DNA of 64,000 bases from NCBI GenBank assembly GCA_964637025.1, contig CAZWTL010000003.1:4056-68055 (forward strand). Reading direction: 5' to 3'. Under the pieces are notes generated by a model. That model was not told the DNA's origin. It worked only from the letters and a program-made list of their open reading frames with translations, and made no database searches. Positions 35,966-44,280 of this stretch are shown here, in pieces. Source of the DNA: an uncultured Syntrophaceae bacterium. Lineage in GTDB: Bacteria > Desulfobacterota > Syntrophia > Syntrophales > UBA5619. Position 1 is the stretch's first letter; the number at the start of each line of letters is the position of its first letter. The translations under genes and the position numbers were made by a program.

Positions 35966-37399
35966 ATGACCAGCAACCCATACAAAGAATATTTCGAATC
36001 GATGCCGGCCTACCTGACGATCATGGACCGAAACCTCAGGATCGTGGAGGCCAACAGGCGATTTCGCCGGGACTTCGGCGAGTTCGAGGGACGCTACTGC
36101 TACCAGATGAACCAGCACCGGTCCGAACGATGCGAACAGTGTCCCGCGGAGCGGACCTTCCGCGACGGATTGCGCCACGGGATCGAAGAGACCGTCGTCA
36201 ATAAGCAGGGGAACGAGATCATCCTGCTGATCAACACGATAGCCGTACCGGATGAGTCCGGAGAGATCACCCGCGTCATGAGGATGGCGACGGACATCAC
36301 GGAGCTTAAACTCCTCCAGAAGCAGATCCGGGACAGCCGGGAACGTTACCGCAAGCTTTTTGACGAGGTTCCCTGCTACATCTCCATCCAGGATGCCGAT
36401 CTGCGCATCGTCGATGCGAACCGACGGCTCCGCGAGGATTTCGGAGCCTCCCCCGGAGAGCGATGCCACCAGGTTTACATGCACCGCCCCGAGGCCTGCG
36501 TTCCCTGCATCGTGAGAGAAACCTTCAAGGACGGACAGGTTCATCAGTCGGAGGAGGTGATGACCTCCCCCAAGGGGGATCAGGTCAATGTTCTGGTCTA
36601 CACGGCCCCGGTTCGCAACGAAGCCGGCCAGATCAACAATGTCATCGAAATCAGCACCGACATCACCCAGATCCGACAACTCCAGTCCAAACTGACCTCC
36701 CTGGGCCTCATCATCAGCTCGATATCCCACGGCATCAAGGGGCTTCTCACCAGCCTGGACGGGGGCGTTTATCTCGTGAACACCGGCCTCGCCAAGAATG
36801 ACCGGAAGCGTTTCGAACAGGGCTGGAAAATGGTCGAACGCAACATCACCCGGATCCGGAGAATGGTTCTGGACCTCCTCTATTACGCCAAGGACCGGGA
36901 GCCGGACCTCGAAACCATCCCTGCGCGCGCCGTGGCGGACGAGGTGTGCGAGGTCGTGCGCCTCAAGGCAGCGGAACTGGGCATCGGCTTCAGTTGCGAC
37001 GTGGACCGCAATATCGGGGATATCGACGCGGACCTCAAGGCCGTTCGATCCCTGCTGGTCAACCTTGTCGAAAACGCCATGGATGCCTGCCGGGTGGATA
37101 CGAGGAAAAAGGACCATCTGGTGCGCATCAAATTGCGGGGCTACCCGGAGTACATCGAATATGAGGTGGAGGACAACGGCATCGGCATGGACCAGGAGAC
37201 CCGAGAGCGGGCCTTCAGCCTCTTTTTCTCTTCGAAAAAGGGAAACGGTACGGGGCTGGGGCTTTTCATCTCCAACAAGATCGCCCAGGCCCATGGGGGG
37301 GAAATCAAGATCGAGTCCGAATGCAACCAGGGAACCCGCATGATCGTCAAACTTCCGCGCAAGCCGCCGATGCGAGGGATTGAAGCGCCGAAAACCTGA
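35966..37399 (+). CDS. Cytoplasmic sensor histidine kinase with two PAS domains
   Basis: No TM segment. Two PAS repeats, each with a C-x10-C-x2-C motif. H-box ISSISHGIKGLL, N-box LVNLVENAMDA, G1 DNGIGM, G2 GTGLGLF. Confidence 0.9.
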   Translation: MTSNPYKEYFESMPAYLTIMDRNLRIVEANRRFRRDFGEFEGRYCYQMNQHRSERCEQCPAERTFRDGLRHGIEETVVNKQGNEIILLINTIAVPDESGEITRVMRMATDITELKLLQKQIRDSRERYRKLFDEVPCYISIQDADLRIVDANRRLREDFGASPGERCHQVYMHRPEACVPCIVRETFKDGQVHQSEEVMTSPKGDQVNVLVYTAPVRNEAGQINNVIEISTDITQIRQLQSKLTSLGLIISSISHGIKGLLTSLDGGVYLVNTGLAKNDRKRFEQGWKMVERNITRIRRMVLDLLYYAKDREPDLETIPARAVADEVCEVVRLKAAELGIGFSCDVDRNIGDIDADLKAVRSLLVNLVENAMDACRVDTRKKDHLVRIKLRGYPEYIEYEVEDNGIGMDQETRERAFSLFFSSKKGNGTGLGLFISNKIAQAHGGEIKIESECNQGTRMIVKLPRKPPMRGIEAPKT

Positions 37400-37410
37400 T
37401 CAAGGAGGGA

Positions 37411-37797
37411 ATGATGGCCGACCAGAAACGGATTTTGATTGTCGATGACGAGGAGGATATCCGCACCTACCTTTCGACGCTGCTCGAAGACGAGGGATTT
37501 AAGACCGTTACAGCGAAGGACGGGGCGGAGGCGGTGAAGGCGCTCCAGGGAGAGGCGCCGGATCTGATCACCCTGGATGTTTCGATGCCCGAGAAGTCCG
37601 GGGTCAAATTTTACCGCGAGATCAAGACGGACGAACGCTGGAAACGGATCCCGATCGTCATCGTCACCGGGGTCTCCGAGGATTTCAAGAATTTCATCTC
37701 CTCTCGTCATCAGATACCGGCGCCGGAGGGATTCGTTTCGAAACCGATCTCTCCGGATGAAATACTGAACCTGGTCCGTACGCTGACCAAAGCCTAA
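37411..37797 (+). CDS. Stand-alone response-regulator receiver (CheY-like, no output domain)
   Basis: ILIVDDEED, LITLDVSMP, VIVTG, SKP. 128 aa with no DNA-binding or other domain. Confidence 0.9.
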   Translation: MMADQKRILIVDDEEDIRTYLSTLLEDEGFKTVTAKDGAEAVKALQGEAPDLITLDVSMPEKSGVKFYREIKTDERWKRIPIVIVTGVSEDFKNFISSRHQIPAPEGFVSKPISPDEILNLVRTLTKA

Positions 37798-37807
37798 GGA
37801 AGCGCTC

Positions 37808-38749
37808 ATGGGATTCTATGCCTTGTCTTATCTGTGTGTTCTGGTGTTCGTCCTGACCGTCGCCTGCCGGGTCTACCGGCAGTGGTCCTTCCCCGTCCAT
37901 GTCCGGTGGGAGATCTATCCGGTCCAGCACGAAACGACCGATAAACTGGCCCACGGCGGCTCCTACATGGAAGAGTTGAACTGGTGGGAAAAGAAGCACG
38001 GCAGTTCCCTCTGGAATGAGGTGAAATACATGGTGCCGGAGATCTTGCTCATCCGGGGGCTCTGGAAAGACAACCGGAGCCTGTGGCGGGTCTCCTTCCC
38101 CTTCCATTTCGGGCTGTACCTGATGATCGGCCTCTTCGCTTTGATGGTGATCCAGTCCCTGCTCGTCCTGTGGGGACCGGCATCGGCGGGGATCGGTACG
38201 ATCCAGTCCGGGTTGAACGGCCTGATCGTGTTCGTGGCCTGGGTGGGCCTGGTCCTGGGGGTGATGGGCGGCGTGGGGATGCTTTGCCGCCGGATTGCCG
38301 ATCCGGAACTGCGGGAATATTCCTCTTTCGTGGACTACTTCAACATCGCCTTCATCCTGCTCTTCTTCCTGTCCGCGTTTCTGACGACCCTGTTTGCCGA
38401 TCCGCTACTGGAAGGGGCGAAGGCCTATGTCTTCGGTCTGCTGACCGGAGGAGGGTCGCTGAAGGGCTATGTCCCCGGGCAAACCTTCTGCGGCGGGGCG
38501 GCGATCGTTCTGGGCTCGCTCCTGGTCGCCTACATCCCCTTGACCCATATGTCGCACATGTTCATGAAGTATTTCTTTTATCACAAGATCAAATGGGACG
38601 ATGCCCCGAACCTCAGAGGCGGATCCCTCGAGGCCTCCATTCGGGAAAATCTTGCACTCAAGCCGACCTGGAATGCGAAGCACGTCGAAGCGGACGGACG
38701 GAAGTCCTGGCTCGACATCGCGACCTCTGAACCCAAGGAGATCAAATGA
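37808..38749 (+). CDS. DsrM/NarI-like cytochrome b-type membrane protein (paralogue 2)
   Basis: 313 aa, polytopic, with the NarI-like C-terminal motif IPLTHMSHMFMKYF. The stop overlaps the next start (ATGA 38746-38749). Confidence 0.75.
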   Translation: MGFYALSYLCVLVFVLTVACRVYRQWSFPVHVRWEIYPVQHETTDKLAHGGSYMEELNWWEKKHGSSLWNEVKYMVPEILLIRGLWKDNRSLWRVSFPFHFGLYLMIGLFALMVIQSLLVLWGPASAGIGTIQSGLNGLIVFVAWVGLVLGVMGGVGMLCRRIADPELREYSSFVDYFNIAFILLFFLSAFLTTLFADPLLEGAKAYVFGLLTGGGSLKGYVPGQTFCGGAAIVLGSLLVAYIPLTHMSHMFMKYFFYHKIKWDDAPNLRGGSLEASIRENLALKPTWNAKHVEADGRKSWLDIATSEPKEIK

Positions 38750-40359
38750 AAAAGATCACGAAGCCATCGGATTTGGCCAAGCCTTCCGAATGCCTGTGCC
38801 ACATCGAGCCGGACGAGCTTACGCCGCTGCCCCCTCCCTATGAGGATTTCAATCAGAAAACGATCACCCCCCTGAAACCGGAAAGGGTCCAAAACATCGA
38901 GACCTCGCTGGATGACACCGTCGCCATCGGCATCCCCAAGCCCGCCAGCAAGGAGGAAGAAGAGGAGCTGATCCGCCGGTTTCTATCGGGGCTCCGGAAG
39001 CTTTTCGAAAAGGAAAACAACTGGACCTTCCTGCAGCCGCTGATGCTCTCCATGGAGTACTGCGCCAAATGCCAGACCTGCTCCGACGCCTGCCCGGCCT
39101 ACGAAATGAGCGGCGGCAAGGACATCTACCGGCCCATGTTCCGCGCCGAGGTCCTGCGCCGGATCTACAACAAATACCTCAAACCGGGCGGCAAGATCAC
39201 CTCCAAGCTGACCGGCGACATCGATCTGAACTGGAAGACGATCGCGCGTCTGGCCGAGCTCTCCTACCGGTGCACCCTATGCCGGCGCTGCGCCTCGGTC
39301 TGCCCGATCGGCGTGGACAACGGTCTCATCAACCACGAGATCCGCAAGCTCTTCTCCCAGGAGATGGGGATCGCCCCCAAGGAGCTCCACGAGAAGGGGA
39401 CCTCGCAGCAGCTCCGCGTGGGTTCCTCCACCGGGATGAACCCGCTGGCGGCCAAGGACAGCGTGGACTTCATCGAGGAGGAGATGGAGGAGATCACGGG
39501 ATACAAGGTCAAGATCCCCTGGGACGTGGAGGGGGCGGACATCCTGCTGCTCCACAACGCGGGCGAAATCATCGCCTGGCCGGAAAACGTCGGGGCCTTT
39601 GCGATCATCTTTCAGGCCGCGGGGCTTTCCTGGACCATGGCCTCGGAGGCGGTCGGATATGATGCGGTCAACTACGGCCTCTGGTACGACGATGTCCAGT
39701 TTTCCCGTATCGCCGTGAAGCATGCGGATATCGCCCGGAGGCTGAAGGTCAAGAAGATCGTGATGGGCGAGTGCGGCCATGCCCACAAGGCCCTGACGGT
39801 TATTGCCGACCGGCTGCTCACGGGGGATCTCAATATCCCGAGGGAATCGGCCATGGTGACGCTGGAGGAGATCGTCATGAGCGGCAAGCTGCAATTCGAT
39901 CCCATGCGCAACAACTTCCCCGTCACCCTGCACGATCCCTGCAATGTCGTGCGCGCCATGGGGATCGTCGAACCCCAGCGGCGGATCCTCAGAAAGATCG
40001 CCCCGCGGTTCCGGGAGATGACTCCCCACGGGGTGGACAACTACTGCTGCGGCGGCGGCTCGGGCTTCGCGATCATGTCAGGGTACAACTTCGAGGAATG
40101 GCGCACCCTGGTCAGCAGCCGAAAAAAATTCCTCCAGATCCTCGATGCCTTCAAGGATGAGCCGCAGGAGATTCCGAAATATGTCTGCGCCCCCTGCTCC
40201 AACTGCAAGGGCTCGATCCGGGACATCTTGAACTACTATCAGGCGGAGGACCGCAGCCGCCTCTATTACGGAGGGCTGGTCGAATTGATCGTCAACGCCA
40301 TGGCGGGGATGAAAAAGCCGATGATCCAGTTCGGCGACGAACCTTCGTGGAAAGCATGA
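38746..40359 (+). CDS. DsrK/HdrD-like Fe-S CCG-domain oxidoreductase (paralogue 2)
   Basis: CAKCQTCSDACPAY, CTLCRRCASVCPIG, LHDPCNVVRAMG, NYCCGGGSG, APCSNCKGS. Confidence 0.85.
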   Translation: MKKITKPSDLAKPSECLCHIEPDELTPLPPPYEDFNQKTITPLKPERVQNIETSLDDTVAIGIPKPASKEEEEELIRRFLSGLRKLFEKENNWTFLQPLMLSMEYCAKCQTCSDACPAYEMSGGKDIYRPMFRAEVLRRIYNKYLKPGGKITSKLTGDIDLNWKTIARLAELSYRCTLCRRCASVCPIGVDNGLINHEIRKLFSQEMGIAPKELHEKGTSQQLRVGSSTGMNPLAAKDSVDFIEEEMEEITGYKVKIPWDVEGADILLLHNAGEIIAWPENVGAFAIIFQAAGLSWTMASEAVGYDAVNYGLWYDDVQFSRIAVKHADIARRLKVKKIVMGECGHAHKALTVIADRLLTGDLNIPRESAMVTLEEIVMSGKLQFDPMRNNFPVTLHDPCNVVRAMGIVEPQRRILRKIAPRFREMTPHGVDNYCCGGGSGFAIMSGYNFEEWRTLVSSRKKFLQILDAFKDEPQEIPKYVCAPCSNCKGSIRDILNYYQAEDRSRLYYGGLVELIVNAMAGMKKPMIQFGDEPSWKA

Positions 40360-40393
40360 CCGGCAGATGCAGCGGCGGGTTGAAAAACCCGTG

Positions 40394-40422
40394 TTGACAA
40401 TCGACCGCTGATAGGGTATGAA
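40394..40422 (+). promoter_or_regulatory. Sigma70-like promoter candidate upstream of dsrMKJOP
   Basis: TTGACA (40394-40399), 17-nt spacer, TATGAA (40417-40422), about 50 nt before the dsrM ATG. Confidence 0.35.
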
Positions 40423-40470
40423 CACCCATCCCTCACAGCATAAAATTTTCGACGAAACGGAACAGGTATC

Positions 40471-41460
40471 ATGAATCTGCTGAAATCGATCGTAGCTGTC
40501 CTGATTCTGACCCTTGTGGCCTTGGGATTCGCATCCAGCAGCGCCCTCGCCCATCTGCTGACCGTATACATCCCTTATGCGGCCTTTGCGGTCTTCGTCG
40601 TTGGGTTTGTCTATCGCATGGTTCAGTGGGGAAAGTCCCCGGTCCCCTTCCGGATACCCAGCACCTGCGGCCAGGAAAAGTCCCTCTCCTGGATCAAGAC
40701 CAATCCTCTGGACAACCCCTCATGTTTCTGGGGCGTGATCGGAAGGATGGCCCTGGAGGTCCTCCTGTTCCGCTCGCTCTTCCGGAACACGAAAGCGGGG
40801 ATCGTACAGCAGCGGCCCGTGTACGACAGCGCCAAATGGCTCTGGCTTTTCGGCCTGCTCTTCCACTGGTCGCTCCTGATCGTGGTGGTCAGGCACCTGC
40901 GCTTCTTCATCGAGCCGGTGGCCGGCTGCATCAACAGGCTCTCCGCAATCGACGGATTCTTTGAGATCGGAATCCCAACCCTCTATATGAGCGATGCCGC
41001 GATCCTGGCGGGCGTGTCGTTTCTGTTCCTCCGCAGGGTGTTCGGACCGAGGATCCGTTACATTTCCCTGTTTTCCGATTACTTCGCCCTGCTTCTGATC
41101 ATGGGCGTTGTGGGAACGGGTCTGTTGACGCGGCACTTCTTCCCGGCTGACCTTCTCCAGGTCAAGAATCTGGCGCTGGGATGGGTCACCTTCTCACCCG
41201 CCGCGCCGAAGGAGGTCGGAACGCTTTTCTACATGCATCTCTTCTTCGTCTTCACCTTGATGGTGTTCATTCCGATGAGCAAGCTGATGCACATGGCGGG
41301 GGTGTTCCTGAGCCCGACGCGGAACCTGGCCAATGACAACCGCATGAATCGGCACGTCAATCCCTGGAACGCGCCGGTGAAGGTCCACACCTATGAGGAA
41401 TACGAGGACGAGTTCCGGGAGAAGATGAAGCTCGCGGGACTGCCAGTGGATAAGGAGTGA
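40471..41460 (+). CDS. dsrM: DsrM, membrane cytochrome b subunit of the DsrMKJOP complex
   Basis: 329-aa NarI-like polytopic protein directly followed by dsrK, dsrJ, dsrO and dsrP. Confidence 0.9.
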   Translation: MNLLKSIVAVLILTLVALGFASSSALAHLLTVYIPYAAFAVFVVGFVYRMVQWGKSPVPFRIPSTCGQEKSLSWIKTNPLDNPSCFWGVIGRMALEVLLFRSLFRNTKAGIVQQRPVYDSAKWLWLFGLLFHWSLLIVVVRHLRFFIEPVAGCINRLSAIDGFFEIGIPTLYMSDAAILAGVSFLFLRRVFGPRIRYISLFSDYFALLLIMGVVGTGLLTRHFFPADLLQVKNLALGWVTFSPAAPKEVGTLFYMHLFFVFTLMVFIPMSKLMHMAGVFLSPTRNLANDNRMNRHVNPWNAPVKVHTYEEYEDEFREKMKLAGLPVDKE

Positions 41461-41462
41461 CG

Positions 41463-43085
41463 ATGTCCTTTGCGAAGATTCCCAAACCCGATGAACTGAT
41501 CGCGGTCCGTTACGAACCGCCGAAGACGCCCTGGATGGATACCCCCGTGGATTTCCGTCCGGGAACCTGGAGCTATCCGGGCAACGCCAAAAGCCTGACC
41601 GCGCTGGACCTCCCGAATCCGAGATCCTGGCTGCCCACCGACGGGGACTGGAAGCTGCCCGAAAACTGGCAGGAGATCATCCTGGAGGGGATGCGGGAGC
41701 GCCTGGAAAAATACCGTTCCTTCAGGCTCTTCATGGATCTCTGCGTGCGGTGCGGCGCCTGTGCGGACAAGTGCCACTTCTACATCGGCTCCGGGGATCC
41801 TAAAAACATGCCGGTCGTCCGGGCCGAACTGCTGCGATCGGTCTACCGCCGCTACTTCACGAAGTCGGGGAAACTCTTCGGCCGGCTGGCCGGCGCCCGC
41901 GACCTGACCGTTGATGTCCTCAAGGAGTGGTTCTACTACTTCTACCAATGCACGGAATGCCGACGCTGCTCCGTCTTCTGCCCCTACGGGATCGACCAGG
42001 CGGAAATCACGATGATTGGCCGGGAGCTCCTGAACCTCGTGGGCTGCAACATCAATTGGGTCATCGAGCCGGCGGCCAACTGTTTCCGCACGGGAAACCA
42101 CCTCGGGATCCAGCCGGGCGGGGTGAAGGACATGCTCGAATTCCTGGCGGACGATCTGGAGGAGCGCACCGGCGTGCGCGTCGACGTCCCGCTCAACAAA
42201 AAAGGGGCCGATATCCTTTTCGTGGTCCCCTCCGGCGACTATTTCGCCGATCCCGGGACATACACCTGCATGGGCTACCTGGCCCTGCTGCATGAAATCG
42301 GCCTGAACTACACCTGGAGCACCTACGCCTCCGAAGGGGGAAATTTCGGACTCTTCACCTCCCACGAGATGATCAAACGCCTCAACGCCAAGATCTACGC
42401 CGAAGCCAGGCGGCTGGGGGTCAAGTGGATTCTCGGCGGCGAGTGCGGGCACATGTGGCGGGTCATGCATCAGTACATGGACACCCTCAACGGCCCCGCC
42501 GATTTCCTCGAGGTGCCGGTTTCTCCGATCACCGGGACGCGGTTCGAAAACGCCCGGTCGACGAAAATGGTCCACATCAGCGAGTTCACGGCCGATCTGA
42601 TCCGGCACGGCAAGCTGAATCTGGACCCGTCCCGCAACGACCATCTGAAAGTTACGTTCCACGACTCCTGCAACCCCTCCCGCGCGATGGGGCTTTTCGA
42701 GGAGCCGCGGTTCATCATCAACAACGTCTGCAACCATTTCCACGAAATGGCCGAAGACACCATCCGGGAGAATACCTTCTGCTGCGGCGGCGGCGCCGGT
42801 CTCGGGAACGACGAGAACCTGGAGATGCGGCTGCGGGGCGGCATGCCGCGGGCCATGGCCGTCAAGGCGGTCAGGGAAAAACACGGGGTGAACCGCCTGA
42901 CCTGCATGTGCGCGATCGACCGGGCGGTCCTGACGACGCTGATGGAATACTGGGTGCCGGAGGTATTGGTCACCGGCGTGCATGAACTCGTGGCCAATGC
43001 CCTGATCATGAAGGGGGAAAAAGAAAGAACGACCGACCTGCGCGGCGAGCCTTTGGAAGGAAAGACAGTCGATGAAACTCTATAA
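41463..43085 (+). CDS. dsrK: DsrK, cytoplasmic HdrD-like catalytic subunit of DsrMKJOP
   Basis: CVRCGACADKCHFY, CTECRRCSVFCPYG, FHDSCNPSRAMG, FCCGGGAG. ATG 41463 lies 5 nt after AAGGAG; GTG 41457 is an alternative start. Confidence 0.9.
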   Translation: MSFAKIPKPDELIAVRYEPPKTPWMDTPVDFRPGTWSYPGNAKSLTALDLPNPRSWLPTDGDWKLPENWQEIILEGMRERLEKYRSFRLFMDLCVRCGACADKCHFYIGSGDPKNMPVVRAELLRSVYRRYFTKSGKLFGRLAGARDLTVDVLKEWFYYFYQCTECRRCSVFCPYGIDQAEITMIGRELLNLVGCNINWVIEPAANCFRTGNHLGIQPGGVKDMLEFLADDLEERTGVRVDVPLNKKGADILFVVPSGDYFADPGTYTCMGYLALLHEIGLNYTWSTYASEGGNFGLFTSHEMIKRLNAKIYAEARRLGVKWILGGECGHMWRVMHQYMDTLNGPADFLEVPVSPITGTRFENARSTKMVHISEFTADLIRHGKLNLDPSRNDHLKVTFHDSCNPSRAMGLFEEPRFIINNVCNHFHEMAEDTIRENTFCCGGGAGLGNDENLEMRLRGGMPRAMAVKAVREKHGVNRLTCMCAIDRAVLTTLMEYWVPEVLVTGVHELVANALIMKGEKERTTDLRGEPLEGKTVDETL

Positions 43086-43473
43086 CCGCGGCTACATTCT
43101 TGCCGGGATCGTGGTCTTCCTGATCCTGGCCAGCGGCCCGTTCTGGTACGGAAAGGGAAAGGCGGTCGCGCCGCCGGATCTCAAACTGGACACGCCTGCC
43201 ATCGAGCAGCTCAAGGAGAAGCTCTGCGTGGAGCCGGCCCCGTACATGAGGGCGAACCACATGAGGCTCCTCAACGAATGGCGGGACAGCGTGGTCCGTG
43301 AGGGCAAGCGCACCTACACGGCCGCGGACGGAAAGGTCCACACGATCAGCCTGACCGAGACCTGCCTCGAATGCCACAGCAACAAAACGGAGTTCTGCGA
43401 CCGGTGCCACGACTACGCCGGGGTCACCCCCACCTGCTGGAACTGCCACATCATCCCGGAGGAGGTCCGCTGA
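43072..43473 (+). CDS. dsrJ: DsrJ, periplasmic triheme cytochrome c
   Basis: N-terminal membrane anchor, then three CxxCH motifs (CLECH, CDRCH, CWNCH). Overlaps the dsrK end by 14 nt. Confidence 0.9.
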   Translation: MKLYNRGYILAGIVVFLILASGPFWYGKGKAVAPPDLKLDTPAIEQLKEKLCVEPAPYMRANHMRLLNEWRDSVVREGKRTYTAADGKVHTISLTETCLECHSNKTEFCDRCHDYAGVTPTCWNCHIIPEEVR

Positions 43474-44273
43474 TGGCGCCCACAAGAAGAGATTTCCTGA
43501 AGATCGCCGGAATTTCCGCTGCCGGCCTGGTTCTCCCCCCGCTGGCCAAGGTGCTCAACGGGGCCCAGCAGCAGGGGACATCCCCCGCTGCCGCGGAGGC
43601 GCCGCAAACGGTTTCAGGGCCGCGCCCGGCCCTGACGGCCAAACGCTGGGCCATGGTGGTGGACGCCTCGAAGTGCCGACGCGACTGCAAGGATTGCATC
43701 CTGGCCTGCCATCGCAGCCATAACGTGCCCGATTTCGGAAACCTCAAGGACGACGTCCACTGGATCGGCGCCGAGAAGATGACGCACGTCTTCCCCGCCG
43801 AGACCCATGCCCGGTTGCCGGAATCCATCCAGAGCCTTTCCGTCCCGGTTCTGTGCAACCACTGCGAGAATCCCCCCTGCGTGCGGGTCTGCCCCACGCA
43901 GGCGACCTTCCGGCGCCCGGACGGCATCGTGATGATGGATTACCACCGCTGCATCGGCTGCCGGTTCTGCATGGCTGCGTGCCCCTACGGTTCGCGCAGC
44001 ATGAACTTCAGGGATCCGCGGCCCTTCATCCCGAAGATCGATCCGGCGTTTCCCACCCGCACCAAGGGTGTGGTGGAGAAGTGCAACTTCTGCGAGGAGC
44101 GGCTCGCCAAGGGGATGCTTCCCGCCTGCGTGGCCGCCTGCAGCGAAAAGGCGCTGACGTTCGGCGATCTGGACGATCCGGGATCGGACGTGCGCCGCAT
44201 TCTGGATCAGAAATTCTCCCTCCGAAGGAGACAGGAGCTGGGAACAGGACCTCAGGTCTATTACATTTTGTGA
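43473..44273 (+). CDS. dsrO: DsrO, periplasmic Tat-exported Fe-S protein
   Basis: The start overlaps the dsrJ stop (TGATG). Tat signal MAPTRRDFLKIAG. Ferredoxin motifs CNHCENPPCVRVCP, CIGCRFCMAACP, CNFCEERL...PACVAAC. Confidence 0.9.
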   Translation: MAPTRRDFLKIAGISAAGLVLPPLAKVLNGAQQQGTSPAAAEAPQTVSGPRPALTAKRWAMVVDASKCRRDCKDCILACHRSHNVPDFGNLKDDVHWIGAEKMTHVFPAETHARLPESIQSLSVPVLCNHCENPPCVRVCPTQATFRRPDGIVMMDYHRCIGCRFCMAACPYGSRSMNFRDPRPFIPKIDPAFPTRTKGVVEKCNFCEERLAKGMLPACVAACSEKALTFGDLDDPGSDVRRILDQKFSLRRRQELGTGPQVYYIL

Positions 44274-44280
44274 GGATGCC

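Noticed and set aside
34133-37294. 1053-aa minus-strand ORF opposite the HdrD-receiver fusion and histidine kinase genes
   Set aside because: The reasoning is the same: the mirror frame of well-supported plus-strand genes, a low-complexity translation, and no RBS or motifs.
41391-42983. Further long antisense or alternate-frame ORFs. These are 41391-42983(-), 48350-50017(-), 51374-52894(+), 59632-61443(+), 61560-63005(-), 63171-63980(-), 6376-7911(+), 191-1369(-), 1333-2958(-), 2924-4579(-), 4561-5772(-), 8228-9292(-), 16987-18258(-), 19171-20415(+) and 20090-21295(+).
   Set aside because: Each overlaps a gene with strong family motifs on the other strand or frame. Their translations are compositionally biased (R/G/P/H/A rich) and carry no motif. 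I treat them as GC-driven spurious ORFs.
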